Positions 23,201 through 33,395 of a stretch of DNA of 64,000 bases are shown one piece after another. The position numbers were made by a program, and so were the translations under genes. The DNA lies in NCBI GenBank assembly GCA_977018835.1, contig OZ361260.1, positions 3,906,001 through 3,970,000 on the forward strand, in the 5' to 3' direction. The stretch is from Minutocellus sp. GHC0000111 (taxonomy: Eukaryota). Positions within the stretch are counted from its first letter, which is position 1. Each line of letters begins with the position of its first letter. Below the pieces are notes generated by a model. It was not told the DNA's origin. It worked only from the letters and a program-made list of their open reading frames with translations, and ran no database searches.

Positions 23201-24444
23201 TCTGCGCGAGGGTACGAGGGATGACCTCCATGGCCTCACCGACGGCGACGTAGGGTCCCTGCTGAACACCCTCCACCTTCATACCGGCCCGACGGAGTCC
23301 AATCGACACGGCCATTTCAGTGGCACCGCCACCGGGCAGAAGCTTGGGCTCGTATACGACATTCCGAACGACCTGCATGGCATCCTGGAGGTTGCGCTCA
23401 ATCTCGTTCAGCACGTCCTTGGACCCACCACGGAGAAGGACGGTGCAGGCCTTGGGATCCTCGCACTCCTCGAAGAAGGCGAACCACTCCTCCCCGATCT
23501 TGCGCATCTCGAAAAGACCGCACTTGGTACCGATGTCGGATTCCTGGATCTCGTCGGTACGGCTGACGATGGTGGCGCCGGTGGCACGGGCCATGCGGTT
23601 GTTGTCGGTCTTGCGGAGGCGGCGGAAGGCCGTGATGCCGGCCTTGGCAAAATAGTGCTGGGCCAGATCGGACACACCCTTCTCGGTCACGACAATGTCG
23701 GGCTTGAAGGCTGTAGCGTAACGATTGGAAGGGATAGCAACAAAGATGATAAGCAAGCGAAATAGCTCATATCAGATAGTACCACGCTGCGAGCCCCCCT
23801 CGAGAAGCACTACCACCGCCACTCCATCCCCAGCTACCACTACTCACCAATGATCTCCATGCACATGTTCTCGACGTACTCCTCCTCCATCTTGAGCATG
23901 GTGTTCCAATCCTCGGTATTGGTAATCTCGACGTTGGTCTGACTCTCGCCCTTCTTGTATTCCAACGGCGAGTCCAGCAGCAAAATACGTGGATTCTCAA
24001 TCCGACGGCGCATCTTGGAATGGGTCACGTCCTTGTTGAACATGAGTCCCCGGAGGACGCGGCAGTCCGAGATTTCTCCGCCGGGGATCTTCTCCACCTT
24101 GGCGTAGCGCTTGATGTCGACCTCCATCCGATGGTTGTACGGGTTGGTCGCCGAATGTTCGGCATCGGCCGCAGCGGTGGTGGTCGGGGCATTGCCCGAG
24201 GGCCGGGCCACGGTCAACACCGCCTGGAGGGCCATCTCCACCATCTTGTCGTTCCATCTCGACGAGAATTTGGTACCGATACTGGACTGCACCAGCTTCA
24301 TCATCAATTCACGATCGTTCACATCGACGTGCAGTGCCTGACGCTCCAATATTTCGAGAGCCTCCTGCAGGGCACGGTTGTATCCCTGCACAATCACGGT
24401 CGGGTGGAGGTTGGCCCGAATAAACGGTTCGGCCAGAATCAACA
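19855..24444. repeat. Tandem segmental duplication, copy 1 (4,590 bp)
   Basis: Sequence and ORF track repeat at offset 4590. Confidence 0.95.
20775..22601 (+). CDS. GT49-family glycosyltransferase (LARGE C-terminal/B4GAT1-like), copy 1
   Basis: VTLCTQ..ERL, W.GPVSAVIY, YPVNLLRQIA, AFVVP, EPYFL, FDK; single exon. Confidence 0.75.
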   Translation: MQTGKTSHVRRIRMSFLFPSFAGVGWVIFRSALHLAGLRLLSPYIISQSMDFGGELPSYLFDRIDESLITVALQPDLTPQLPEGGILYRLGDIHKSRKNIKSSRSLRIQRSDRNANLSWDLLWSDFHGAFDQDFSSNDGLYMSIPWREPHEPLFLVVYAGNRSDVKVEYVEGEHITYDPEVMEAFDFPRRDLFYRKRSGTGGRVTLCTQITPERLRYLFHIVTAWNGPVSAVIYVGHKGQQDEELAKINRFWDELQDDARANLDLNEVYDDKRPWYSTTDDKENKMGNNPYPVNLLRQIAVDCVKTEWLYMTEGDMLTVPNAHQIILDSWQGMVKEYKKHNGVAFVVPLYKAEMTMNDEFVGTMPKNRLGMVIRTETGRNITSSVEVTNLKTSKRRVENRVDLYKDVKRSGNVFRNQALTNFEGWEALPEGSDTYLPYHKTGTEFAICDPPPGYTEQEPYFLAKKSDLPPYNVLFAGMWFDKTTHIIDTCNCGLTFVLHPDMFSIIFNEPKESTQQGLWGLHSPGWRQDFVFATGPVYSQEYQKTQLAIGGRSRSMCSKVADIPVGAPQPFRPYVGEGISTRGGILRMTKYAPMEQRFKGSFKRNRPA

Positions 24445-24445
24445 T
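22835..24445 (-). pseudogene. CCT3: 5'-truncated duplicate of CCT3
   Basis: Identical to the 3' part of the full CCT3 from MLILAEPF onward; lacks the promoter, exon 1 and GDGTT. Confidence 0.85.
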
Positions 24446-24446
24446 C

Positions 24447-24808
24447 GCTGGGGCATTGTCGACCCATCGGACGAAACGGGCGCCTTGGCTTCGGCCTTGC
24501 CACTCGCTGCAGCTATGGGTGCACAGGTCACTCCTCATCTTCACCTTGGCATTACTCATGTTCTTGTCGAAATGTCCAAGCATGAGCAGGTCCGTTGGAG
24601 ACCTGGTCTGAAGCTCAGTATCTTCAAAGATAAAGAGGCCGGAAAAGCTCTCAGCTATCGATTGGAAGAACTCGATGATGAGGAAGCATTTGCCGACCGC
24701 CCTGGAAAGCCAGACGTTACACTGGTTTCACCCGAGTGGGTGAGGAAGGAATGGTCGAAAGCATCAATCTTTGATCTCGATACCACCGATGATGAGGCGT
24801 ACATGTAG
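24447..24808 (+). pseudogene. LIG4: Duplicated 3' fragment of LIG4 (last BRCT-like region)
   Basis: RWGIVDPSD...DDEAYM identical to the LIG4 C-terminus. Confidence 0.85.
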
Positions 24809-25364
24809 ATATACCAAGATGCACGTAGCTACGTACATGTATAGCTATACACAGAGGGATTCCTAGTTAGCTTGATCTACTGGTAAACAGTGGTAACTGG
24901 TAGATCTACTCGTAGATAGTAGATAGATCTAACACAACATAACAAAAGTTATGAAGAAGTACAAACACCACCACGATCTAAACTAAGAATCTGCTCGGTC
25001 ACTGTGCATGTCTTTCTTGACACGAATGCGGTCACTGTGCATTTGCGGGAAATTCATTTAGCCCGCCTACTCGAAAAACATTTATTTGTGCGCGCCGGCG
25101 AACTTGACCTGCCTACTAGCCTGCCTCCAAGCTCCTTTTTCTCCCCTGAACACGAGAGAAGAAGTGGCTCCTGGTTGGAGACAAATTTGCAAGCGGGGGC
25201 CTGGTTAGGAAAATCCTAGAGCCGAGTGAGCAGCGACATCCAGCCAGCAAGAAGAGGGGCGGCAGAGGAAGCCCCCTTTCAACCTTGGAACCAGCAACAC
25301 CTCAAATCAAATCTTCAACTGCGAACCATCATCGTAAAATCAGGCCTACTTATCCACTGCCCGT

Positions 25365-27191
25365 ATGCAAACTGGCAAAACAAGCCACGTAAGGAGAATA
25401 CGGATGTCGTTCCTTTTTCCATCATTCGCAGGGGTTGGTTGGGTTATATTTCGATCGGCGCTCCATCTGGCCGGTTTGCGTCTACTTTCGCCATATATTA
25501 TATCTCAGTCGATGGATTTCGGAGGAGAGTTGCCGTCTTACCTCTTCGATCGAATTGACGAATCACTGATAACCGTTGCCCTACAACCAGACTTGACCCC
25601 GCAGCTACCAGAGGGAGGAATACTGTACCGACTTGGCGACATTCATAAAAGCAGAAAGAATATCAAATCGAGTCGATCACTAAGGATACAAAGGTCAGAT
25701 CGAAACGCCAATCTTAGTTGGGACTTGCTGTGGTCCGACTTTCATGGAGCATTCGACCAAGACTTCTCATCAAATGATGGCTTGTACATGAGTATTCCCT
25801 GGCGAGAACCGCATGAGCCACTCTTCTTGGTAGTGTATGCAGGCAACAGAAGCGACGTTAAAGTTGAGTACGTTGAGGGAGAGCATATCACATACGATCC
25901 GGAAGTGATGGAAGCATTCGACTTTCCCCGTCGAGATCTGTTCTATCGGAAACGTTCAGGCACAGGGGGCAGGGTCACACTATGCACCCAGATAACTCCA
26001 GAGCGTCTGAGGTATTTGTTCCACATCGTGACTGCTTGGAACGGCCCGGTCTCGGCAGTGATCTATGTTGGTCATAAGGGCCAGCAGGACGAAGAGCTGG
26101 CCAAGATCAACAGATTCTGGGATGAGCTCCAAGATGATGCACGTGCAAATTTGGACCTTCATGTAGTCTACGACGATAAAAGGCCATGGTACTCAACGAC
26201 AGACGATAAAGAGAACAAGATGGGCAACAACCCGTACCCAGTAAACCTACTTCGGCAGATCGCAGTTGACTGCGTCAAGACCGAGTGGTTATACATGACC
26301 GAAGGTGACATGCTGACAGTTCCGAATGCTCATCAGATTATTTTAGATTCGTGGCAAGGAATGGTGAAAGAATACAAGAAGCACAACGGCGTGGCGTTTG
26401 TAGTCCCGCTGTATAAAGCAGAAATGACGATGAACGATGAGTTTGTTGGAACAATGCCGAAAAATAGGCTGGGTATGGTGATTCGAACAGAGACTGGGAG
26501 AAACATAACCTCATCCGTTGAGGTCACAAACCTCAAGACGTCCAAAAGGAGGGTTGAAAACAGGGTTGATTTGTACAAAGACGTGAAGAGATCAGGAAAT
26601 GTGTTTAGAAATCAGGCGCTGACCAATTTTGAAGGTTGGGAGGCCCTGCCTGAAGGTAGCGACACGTATTTGCCTTACCATAAGACGGGAACAGAATTCG
26701 CAATATGTGATCCTCCGCCAGGCTACACAGAGCAAGAACCATACTTCTTGGCAAAGAAATCCGATCTGCCACCGTACAACGTCCTTTTCGCGGGGATGTG
26801 GTTTGATAAAACCACGCACATCATCGACACATGCAACTGTGGCTTGACCTTTGTTTTGCATCCAGATATGTTCTCTATCATATTTAACGAACCAAAGGAA
26901 TCGACGCAGCAAGGCCTTTGGGGCCTGCATAGTCCCGGGTGGCGGCAGGATTTTGTTTTTGCGACTGGCCCGGTTTACTCACAAGAATATCAAAAGACTC
27001 AATTGGCCATTGGCGGTAGAAGCCGCAGCATGTGTTCAAAAGTGGCAGACATACCCGTTGGCGCGCCACAACCATTCCGGCCTTATGTCGGCGAAGGGAT
27101 AAGTACGAGGGGAGGAATTCTCCGCATGACGAAGTATGCACCAATGGAGCAAAGATTCAAGGGCAGCTTCAAACGAAACCGGCCAGCATAG
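25365..27191 (+). CDS. GT49-family glycosyltransferase, copy 2
   Basis: Same as copy 1 except DLHVVY vs DLNEVY plus two silent changes seen. Confidence 0.75.
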   Translation: MQTGKTSHVRRIRMSFLFPSFAGVGWVIFRSALHLAGLRLLSPYIISQSMDFGGELPSYLFDRIDESLITVALQPDLTPQLPEGGILYRLGDIHKSRKNIKSSRSLRIQRSDRNANLSWDLLWSDFHGAFDQDFSSNDGLYMSIPWREPHEPLFLVVYAGNRSDVKVEYVEGEHITYDPEVMEAFDFPRRDLFYRKRSGTGGRVTLCTQITPERLRYLFHIVTAWNGPVSAVIYVGHKGQQDEELAKINRFWDELQDDARANLDLHVVYDDKRPWYSTTDDKENKMGNNPYPVNLLRQIAVDCVKTEWLYMTEGDMLTVPNAHQIILDSWQGMVKEYKKHNGVAFVVPLYKAEMTMNDEFVGTMPKNRLGMVIRTETGRNITSSVEVTNLKTSKRRVENRVDLYKDVKRSGNVFRNQALTNFEGWEALPEGSDTYLPYHKTGTEFAICDPPPGYTEQEPYFLAKKSDLPPYNVLFAGMWFDKTTHIIDTCNCGLTFVLHPDMFSIIFNEPKESTQQGLWGLHSPGWRQDFVFATGPVYSQEYQKTQLAIGGRSRSMCSKVADIPVGAPQPFRPYVGEGISTRGGILRMTKYAPMEQRFKGSFKRNRPA

Positions 27192-27424
27192 TCCTGAGCG
27201 GAACAATATCGCAATTGAGAAAAGGTCTGCAGTCTACGTGTGCTTCTACTAGTACTCAATGTTACGCTTTTCGTTGAGTAAACGGAGTTCAGAGGAGTTT
27301 TGCCTTTACTTAATTTTTTCCTAGTGCTCAAGATGCGTCTTCTCTAAAAGCCCACGTCAAAGCCCAGCACCAGTAGGGCCTCGACACGTGACATACATGT
27401 AGCATCCCAACTCCAACGGAAACT

Positions 27425-29870
27425 TTACCCTTGAGCCTTGCGACTTCCGGAAACAACATCGTCAATTCTCAGAATCATGCTTTTATCGAAGAAAAGTAAG
27501 AAGGGAGGAAAAATTTGGTCAGACCATATGATGGCGGGGAAATGACTATGTGCTTGGGATAAACAACCTCAAATAATCCAAAGCAACTCACCAAGCACTC
27601 TCGATTGCTGTAACGACAGTCTGGCGCTTGACCGAAAAGGGCTCCCAAATACCAAGCTCGGCCATATCCTTGATCTCGCCGGTAGTACCGTCAACACCAA
27701 TGTTGCAAGGCGAGCCAGAATCAGCATCGTAATGAGCGGCATGCTTGGCACGGAGCTCGGTCACGGTCCGGATGACACTGACACCGCAGTTCTGCGCGAG
27801 GGTACGAGGGATGACCTCCATGGCCTCACCGACGGCGACGTAGGGTCCCTGCTGAACACCCTCCACCTTCATACCGGCCCGACGGAGTCCAATCGACACG
27901 GCCATTTCAGTGGCACCGCCACCGGGCAGAAGCTTGGGCTCGTATACGACATTCCGAACGACCTGCATGGCATCCTGGAGGTTGCGCTCAATCTCGTTCA
28001 GCACGTCCTTGGACCCACCACGGAGAAGGACGGTGCAGGCCTTGGGATCCTCGCACTCCTCGAAGAAGGCGAACCACTCCTCCCCGATCTTGCGCATCTC
28101 GAAAAGACCGCACTTGGTACCGATGTCGGATTCCTGGATCTCGTCGGTACGGCTGACGATGGTGGCGCCGGTGGCACGGGCCATGCGGTTGTTGTCGGTC
28201 TTGCGGAGGCGGCGGAAGGCCGTGATGCCGGCCTTGGCAAAATAGTGCTGGGCCAGATCGGACACACCCTTCTCGGTCACGACAATGTCGGGCTTGAAGG
28301 CTGTAGCGTAACGATTGGAAGGGATAGCAACAAAGATGATAAGCAAGCGAAATAGCTCATATCAGATAGTACCACGCTGCGAGCCCCCCTCGAGAAGCAC
28401 TACCACCGCCACTCCATCCCCAGCTACCACTACTCACCAATGATCTCCATGCACATGTTCTCGACGTACTCCTCCTCCATCTTGAGCATGGTGTTCCAAT
28501 CCTCGGTATTGGTAATCTCGACGTTGGTCTGACTCTCGCCCTTCTTGTATTCCAACGGCGAGTCCAGCAGCAAAATACGTGGATTCTCAATCCGACGGCG
28601 CATCTTGGAATGGGTCACGTCCTTGTTGAACATGAGTCCCCGGAGGACGCGGCAGTCCGAGATTTCTCCGCCGGGGATCTTCTCCACCTTGGCGTAGCGC
28701 TTGATGTCGACCTCCATCCGATGGTTGTACGGGTTGGTCGCCGAATGTTCGGCATCGGCCGCAGCGGTGGTGGTCGGGGCATTGCCCGAGGGCCGGGCCA
28801 CGGTCAACACCGCCTGGAGGGCCATCTCCACCATCTTGTCGTTCCATCTCGACGAGAATTTGGTACCGATACTGGACTGCACCAGCTTCATCATCAATTC
28901 ACGATCGTTCACATCGACGTGCAGTGCCTGACGCTCCAATATTTCGAGAGCCTCCTGCAGGGCACGGTTGTATCCCTGCACAATCACGGTCGGGTGGAGG
29001 TTGGCCCGAATAAACGGTTCGGCCAGAATCAACATCTCGCCCGCCAGAATGATTACGGACGTCGTACCATCCCCCACCTCCTCATCTTGCGCCCTACTGA
29101 GTTCAATCATACTCTTGGCCGTGGGATGGCTGACGTCGACCTCGCGGAGGATGCAGTTGCCGTCGTTGGTGATGACGATGCCGCCCATGGGATCGAGGAG
29201 CATTTTGAGCATGGAGCGGGGGCCGAGGGTCGTCCGGATGATGTCGGCCACGGCCCGGGCGGCGGATATGTTGGACAGCTGGGCCTTGCGGCCGGTCTCG
29301 CGCTGCGTTTTGGCGTCTGTTTGAGTGAAGGATTGTGGAGGGAGGGTGATAATAATTTGATGTTAGTGGTCATGACGGTGCAGCAAAGATACGGACGTGA
29401 AAGTACGAGCCAGGAGCTAATTGAAATAATCCACGGATGAGTCGAATGCGCTGCTGGTTTACTCCGGGAGAACCAACGCACTGGGGCAGAGGTTTGCCGA
29501 TACCGAAAGCCGATGCATCGCCGCCGCCGCCGAGGTTTGGCAGCCAGTCCTTGTGCGGCAGCCAGTCCCAGTAGTCGCCCTCAATCGAGGGCAGAGAATT
29601 AGCCACCACCGCCAACCAAAGCAACCACAATCCCGTATCATAACCCAATGGGTATCATTGGTCGACGTAGAGCCAGATCAACCTCCTCCCCACAGTCAAC
29701 CTACCTCCGACCGACCGACGCCCTCCAAGCATTTGAAATTTTCGGCCAGACCTCCAAAAAAACAGGCCGCCGCCGACGCCGTCGCTCATACAAAAATGAT
29801 ACAGAAGATACTCACTGAGGACCATGACGGGTCCCATCCCCTGCCCTCCCGGCATCGCCATGGTGGCCAT
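27425..29870 (-). CDS. CCT3: T-complex protein 1 subunit gamma (full copy)
   Basis: Exon 1 29870-29816, 499-nt intron, then exons beginning 29316, ~28300 and ~27479. RTTLGPRSMLKMLLDPMGG, EVGDGTTSV, LEYKKGESQT, PGGGATEM, end CMILRIDDVVSG. Confidence 0.95.
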
Positions 29871-29949
29871 TTTTGCTATTGGTATCTGGTTTGTTTGCTT
29901 GTCGGCCTCTCGTTGCTCGTTGTGATTGTGAGGCGGCCGAGCGGCGGTT

Positions 29950-29989
29950 TGAAAATGAGGGGATTTTGCAGATGAAAATGAGGGGATTT
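29950..29989. repeat. 17-bp direct repeat in the CCT3 / eIF2B-delta divergent intergenic region
   Basis: TGAAAATGAGGGGATTT x2. Confidence 0.7.
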
Positions 29990-30159
29990 CTCCCAGAAAA
30001 GGGGTTATGAGCTCAGCTCAGAAGGGCACACATCATGTGCAACAGCGGCGACGGTACATGTATCCTCAAGCTCTACCCTGACAAAGTGCTTGATACCTGC
30101 GGCAGATAGAGTTCTGCCGATCCTTGCCGCACTTATTGTGAACTTGGTTTACTGATACC

Positions 30160-31972
30160 ATGGCCGACGCAGCACCAGCACCAGCACCAGCGGCCGGCGG
30201 CGACGCCAAGCCCAAAAAAGAGAAGAAGGCCCCACCCGAGGGTCTGGTAATTCCACCCAAGAAGCCCAAGATGACCAAGGCCGAGCGTCGGGCCCTCCAG
30301 GAGGCCCAACGAGCTGCAGCCGGTGGTGCTAAAGGTGGCGGAGGTGGAAAGGGAAAGGGTGGTGGCAAAGGTGGAGATGGCAAGGCTGCGGCTGCCGAGG
30401 GCAAGAAGGGAGGAGGCGGAGGCAAGTCCAAGGCCGACGGCAAGGGGGAGAGCGGTGCGAGCAGTGATGGTGGTGGTCAGGAGAAGATCGATCCATCGAT
30501 GGACAAGCGATTGCCGGCGTTTGCGCATCTGCCGCAGTACAAGGGTGAGTCCAAGTTGAAGATGCTGATCGTTGCTCTGGCATGAAATGCAAGATGGGTT
30601 GGGCTGGAAGATATGCATGTGATATCGGAAGGGCCAATTGCATGCCTTTTAGGCTGGCCTTCATTATGCTGTTGGCTCTACATGCATTGATTGGCTGCTT
30701 GATATCTTATACATTTCATTTATTGCGTTTTGTTGTTATCTCACACCTCATTCAATGATGCAAATTTACTTCGACCCAGACCCCAAACACTTTGAGAAGG
30801 AATTCTCGGGAGTTGCGCTCGGTGCTTCTGCTTCCTCAACCAAACAGCAATTCCACCCGGCCATTCTATCGCTCGGCATGCAGTATGCCTCGGGGACCAT
30901 ACGTGGTGGCAATGCCCGTGCCAAGGCCATGCTCCGTGCGTTCCAGCAAGTCATTCGCGATTATGAGCCATCCTCGTCCTCCAGCAGTTCCAGCAATACC
31001 GCCGCACCCACCGGTGGTCGACCCCCAACAGCCCGATCGGCCCAAAAGGATGACATACGGCACGACCTCGACCACCGAATCATCAAACCGGCCTTCCAGT
31101 ACTGGACTACCCAGTGCCGACCGCATTCCGTCAGCATGGGCAATGCCTTTACGTTCCTCAAGTTGGCCGTGGCGGCGCTTGATCGGGACATGTCGCTCGA
31201 GGAGGTCAAGGAGGTTTTGGTGGAAACCATTGATGCCTACATTCACGAGAGAATTGATGTGGCCGACGAGGCGATATCGAAGCATGCCTCGAGCAAGATT
31301 GTCGATGGGGATGTTATTTTGACGTATGGTTGTTCCGCCGTGGTGGAGGTTCTGTTGTTGGAGGCCGCCAAGGAGAAGGGGGTTGATTCGTTCCGAGTCA
31401 TTGTGGTGGATTCTCGACCACTGCTCGAGGGACGGGCGTTGGTAGGCCGTCTCGCCGAGACCGGCATCGAGTGTACCTACATCTTGCTCAATGCACTGTC
31501 CTATGTAATGATGAGGGAAGTGACCAAGGTCTTTTTGGGGGCATCGGCCCTCATGTCGGATGGATCGGTACTGTCCAGAGTCGGCACCGCCGGCGTCGCT
31601 CTCATGGCTCGATCGAACAACGTACCAGTTCTGGTATGTTGCGAAACTTACAAGATTAGCAATCGAGTCCAACTGGAAAGTATCACCGGCAATGAATTGG
31701 GGAATCCTGACGATGTGGTGAGCGCCGGCTGTGCAGTGGATGGCGAAGGCGAGGGCTCATCATCAGACTCCCAGCAAAACAGCTCCATCATCAGTGACTG
31801 GAGGACCGTGCCAAACCTCAAGGTTATGAACTTGCTCTACGACCTTACTCCCTCCGAGTTCGTCAGCGGCATCGTCACCGAGATGGGCATCCTTCCCGCC
31901 ACATCGGTGGCCGTCCTCCTTCGTGAGATGAACCCCCAAGATACCAACACGGCCTTCATGGGCGATTTGTAG
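30160..31972 (+). CDS. EIF2B4: Translation initiation factor eIF2B subunit delta
   Basis: Exons 30160-30544, 30780-31972. TKAERRALQEAQRA, FAHLPQY, HPAILSLG, GGNAR, CRPHSVSMGNA, VVDSRPLLEG, SRVGTA, CCETYK, YDLTP. Confidence 0.93.
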
Positions 31973-32009
31973 AAGGTAAGCTATTTTAATTTGTGAGTCG
32001 AGGCCTATA

Positions 32010-33014
32010 CTACGTAAGATCCACTACCTCATCAGCTTGCTCGACCATGGGGGTGCCGGGCGGGTAGACACCAGTCATGAGATCCACCGTTGCCATCTTT
32101 CTGGGTCTGGGGTCAACAATAATTTTGGGCGCATCGTAGCAGCTGTTGATGTTGAAAGGGTCAAAGATGCAGATTCTACCGGATCCGTCGCGCCAGATTA
32201 GACCTACATGATTACGTCGGCCAGGCAATTCTGATCCCCGCTCTCTCCAGACGCCGACATAAAGATCACTGAGAGCATCGCCAGGGACACCGGCGCGTTT
32301 GCCTACCTCGCAGCCTTGGTACTTTTCCTCCAGAAATGAGCGCCAGTCTACTCCAAATCCCTCAAGGCAGTACTGAGCGTACGCCTCGTCGTCTTTCGTT
32401 ACGGCAAGTAGTGCCAAGACCAACTTCGGGCAGTTTGCCTTGCAAGCCTTGTCATTTTCGCTAAGGCCGGCGTATGTTTTGAGGTCGGGCTCGAAGGCCT
32501 GGGGAGGCTGGTATTCTACAGTTTCTTCATCATCTTCTTCGTCAGATCCGATCTCATCTTCTTGTTCAGCAGCGCCGTTACCTTCGGCCTCTTCGGCATC
32601 GCCATTTATGTTTTGATTAATGTTGTTGATAAGATTTTGTTCCTCCTCGTCGCTTTCTTCGATGTCATGATCATTGACTCCTCGATCAAGGCGTTCGCCG
32701 TCGATGCCGGTGATGGCTCCTGTAGAGTGGTAGCCATCCTCGTCGGAATTATTGTTGGGGTTGCTCGTATCATTGATCGAGCCTTGATCACCGTCTGATA
32801 GAACTTCAATAGAAGGTTCGTCCTCTACAACTTCCATGTCACCGTTACCACCTTGCAGTTGCTGGAGTTGAGCTCGAAGGCGGGCGATTTCATTGTCGTG
32901 AGCTTGGCTTTGGGCGTCTAGCCGTTGCTGACGAGCACGAAGCTCTTCATTCTCGGAGGTGAGCTCATCTATCTTGCGCTTGTCGCGGCCTGAACGGGTC
33001 CTCGGAGGTGCCAT
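32010..33014 (-). CDS. Hypothetical protein (coiled coil, acidic linker, globular C-terminus)
   Basis: 334-aa ATG ORF with protein-like composition; no family recognised. Confidence 0.5.
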   Translation of the reverse strand: MAPPRTRSGRDKRKIDELTSENEELRARQQRLDAQSQAHDNEIARLRAQLQQLQGGNGDMEVVEDEPSIEVLSDGDQGSINDTSNPNNNSDEDGYHSTGAITGIDGERLDRGVNDHDIEESDEEEQNLINNINQNINGDAEEAEGNGAAEQEDEIGSDEEDDEETVEYQPPQAFEPDLKTYAGLSENDKACKANCPKLVLALLAVTKDDEAYAQYCLEGFGVDWRSFLEEKYQGCEVGKRAGVPGDALSDLYVGVWRERGSELPGRRNHVGLIWRDGSGRICIFDPFNINSCYDAPKIIVDPRPRKMATVDLMTGVYPPGTPMVEQADEVVDLT

Positions 33015-33395
33015 GATAGAAGTTGATAGAGAAACTTGTGACTGACGAAAGGGTCTCCCTTTTCTTGCCGTGGAAGGAATCTGTCTGTCACAACAAGGGC
33101 GTCACCGTGGAGGTGTCAACCTCAGAAAGCAAGCACCGGCCCCGTGAAAATTTTGGTACTATCTAGTATGGATCTTCATCACCTTTCAAGTAAGTTCAAT
33201 AGCTGGTCCTTAATCGTTTCACTCCACCGTTTGGTCTCACCATACTAGTACATACAGAATAGAACCAGGTCTCTTTTTTGGGAGAATAAGATCTGGAGCA
33301 GTGATCAAGTCATTCCTACCCTTAACGTCCGACCACCGTTTGCATCGTCTTTTTTTTATTTGTTGTTCCAAATTACAGCAAACAACTTCGATACC

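Larger units (their letters stand above)
24445..29034. repeat. Tandem segmental duplication, copy 2 (4,590 bp)
   Basis: Junction AACA-TC-GCTGGG joins CCT3 sequence (29031 AACATCTCGC) to LIG4 sequence (19851 CTGGTCGCTG). Confidence 0.95.

Noticed and set aside
19855..29034. Duplication as an LTR or transposon product
   Set aside because: No terminal repeats, target-site duplication, transposase or RT motifs
29317..29815. Intronic snoRNA in the long CCT3 intron
   Set aside because: No convincing C/D or H/ACA boxes visible on the sense strand; needs a covariance-model search
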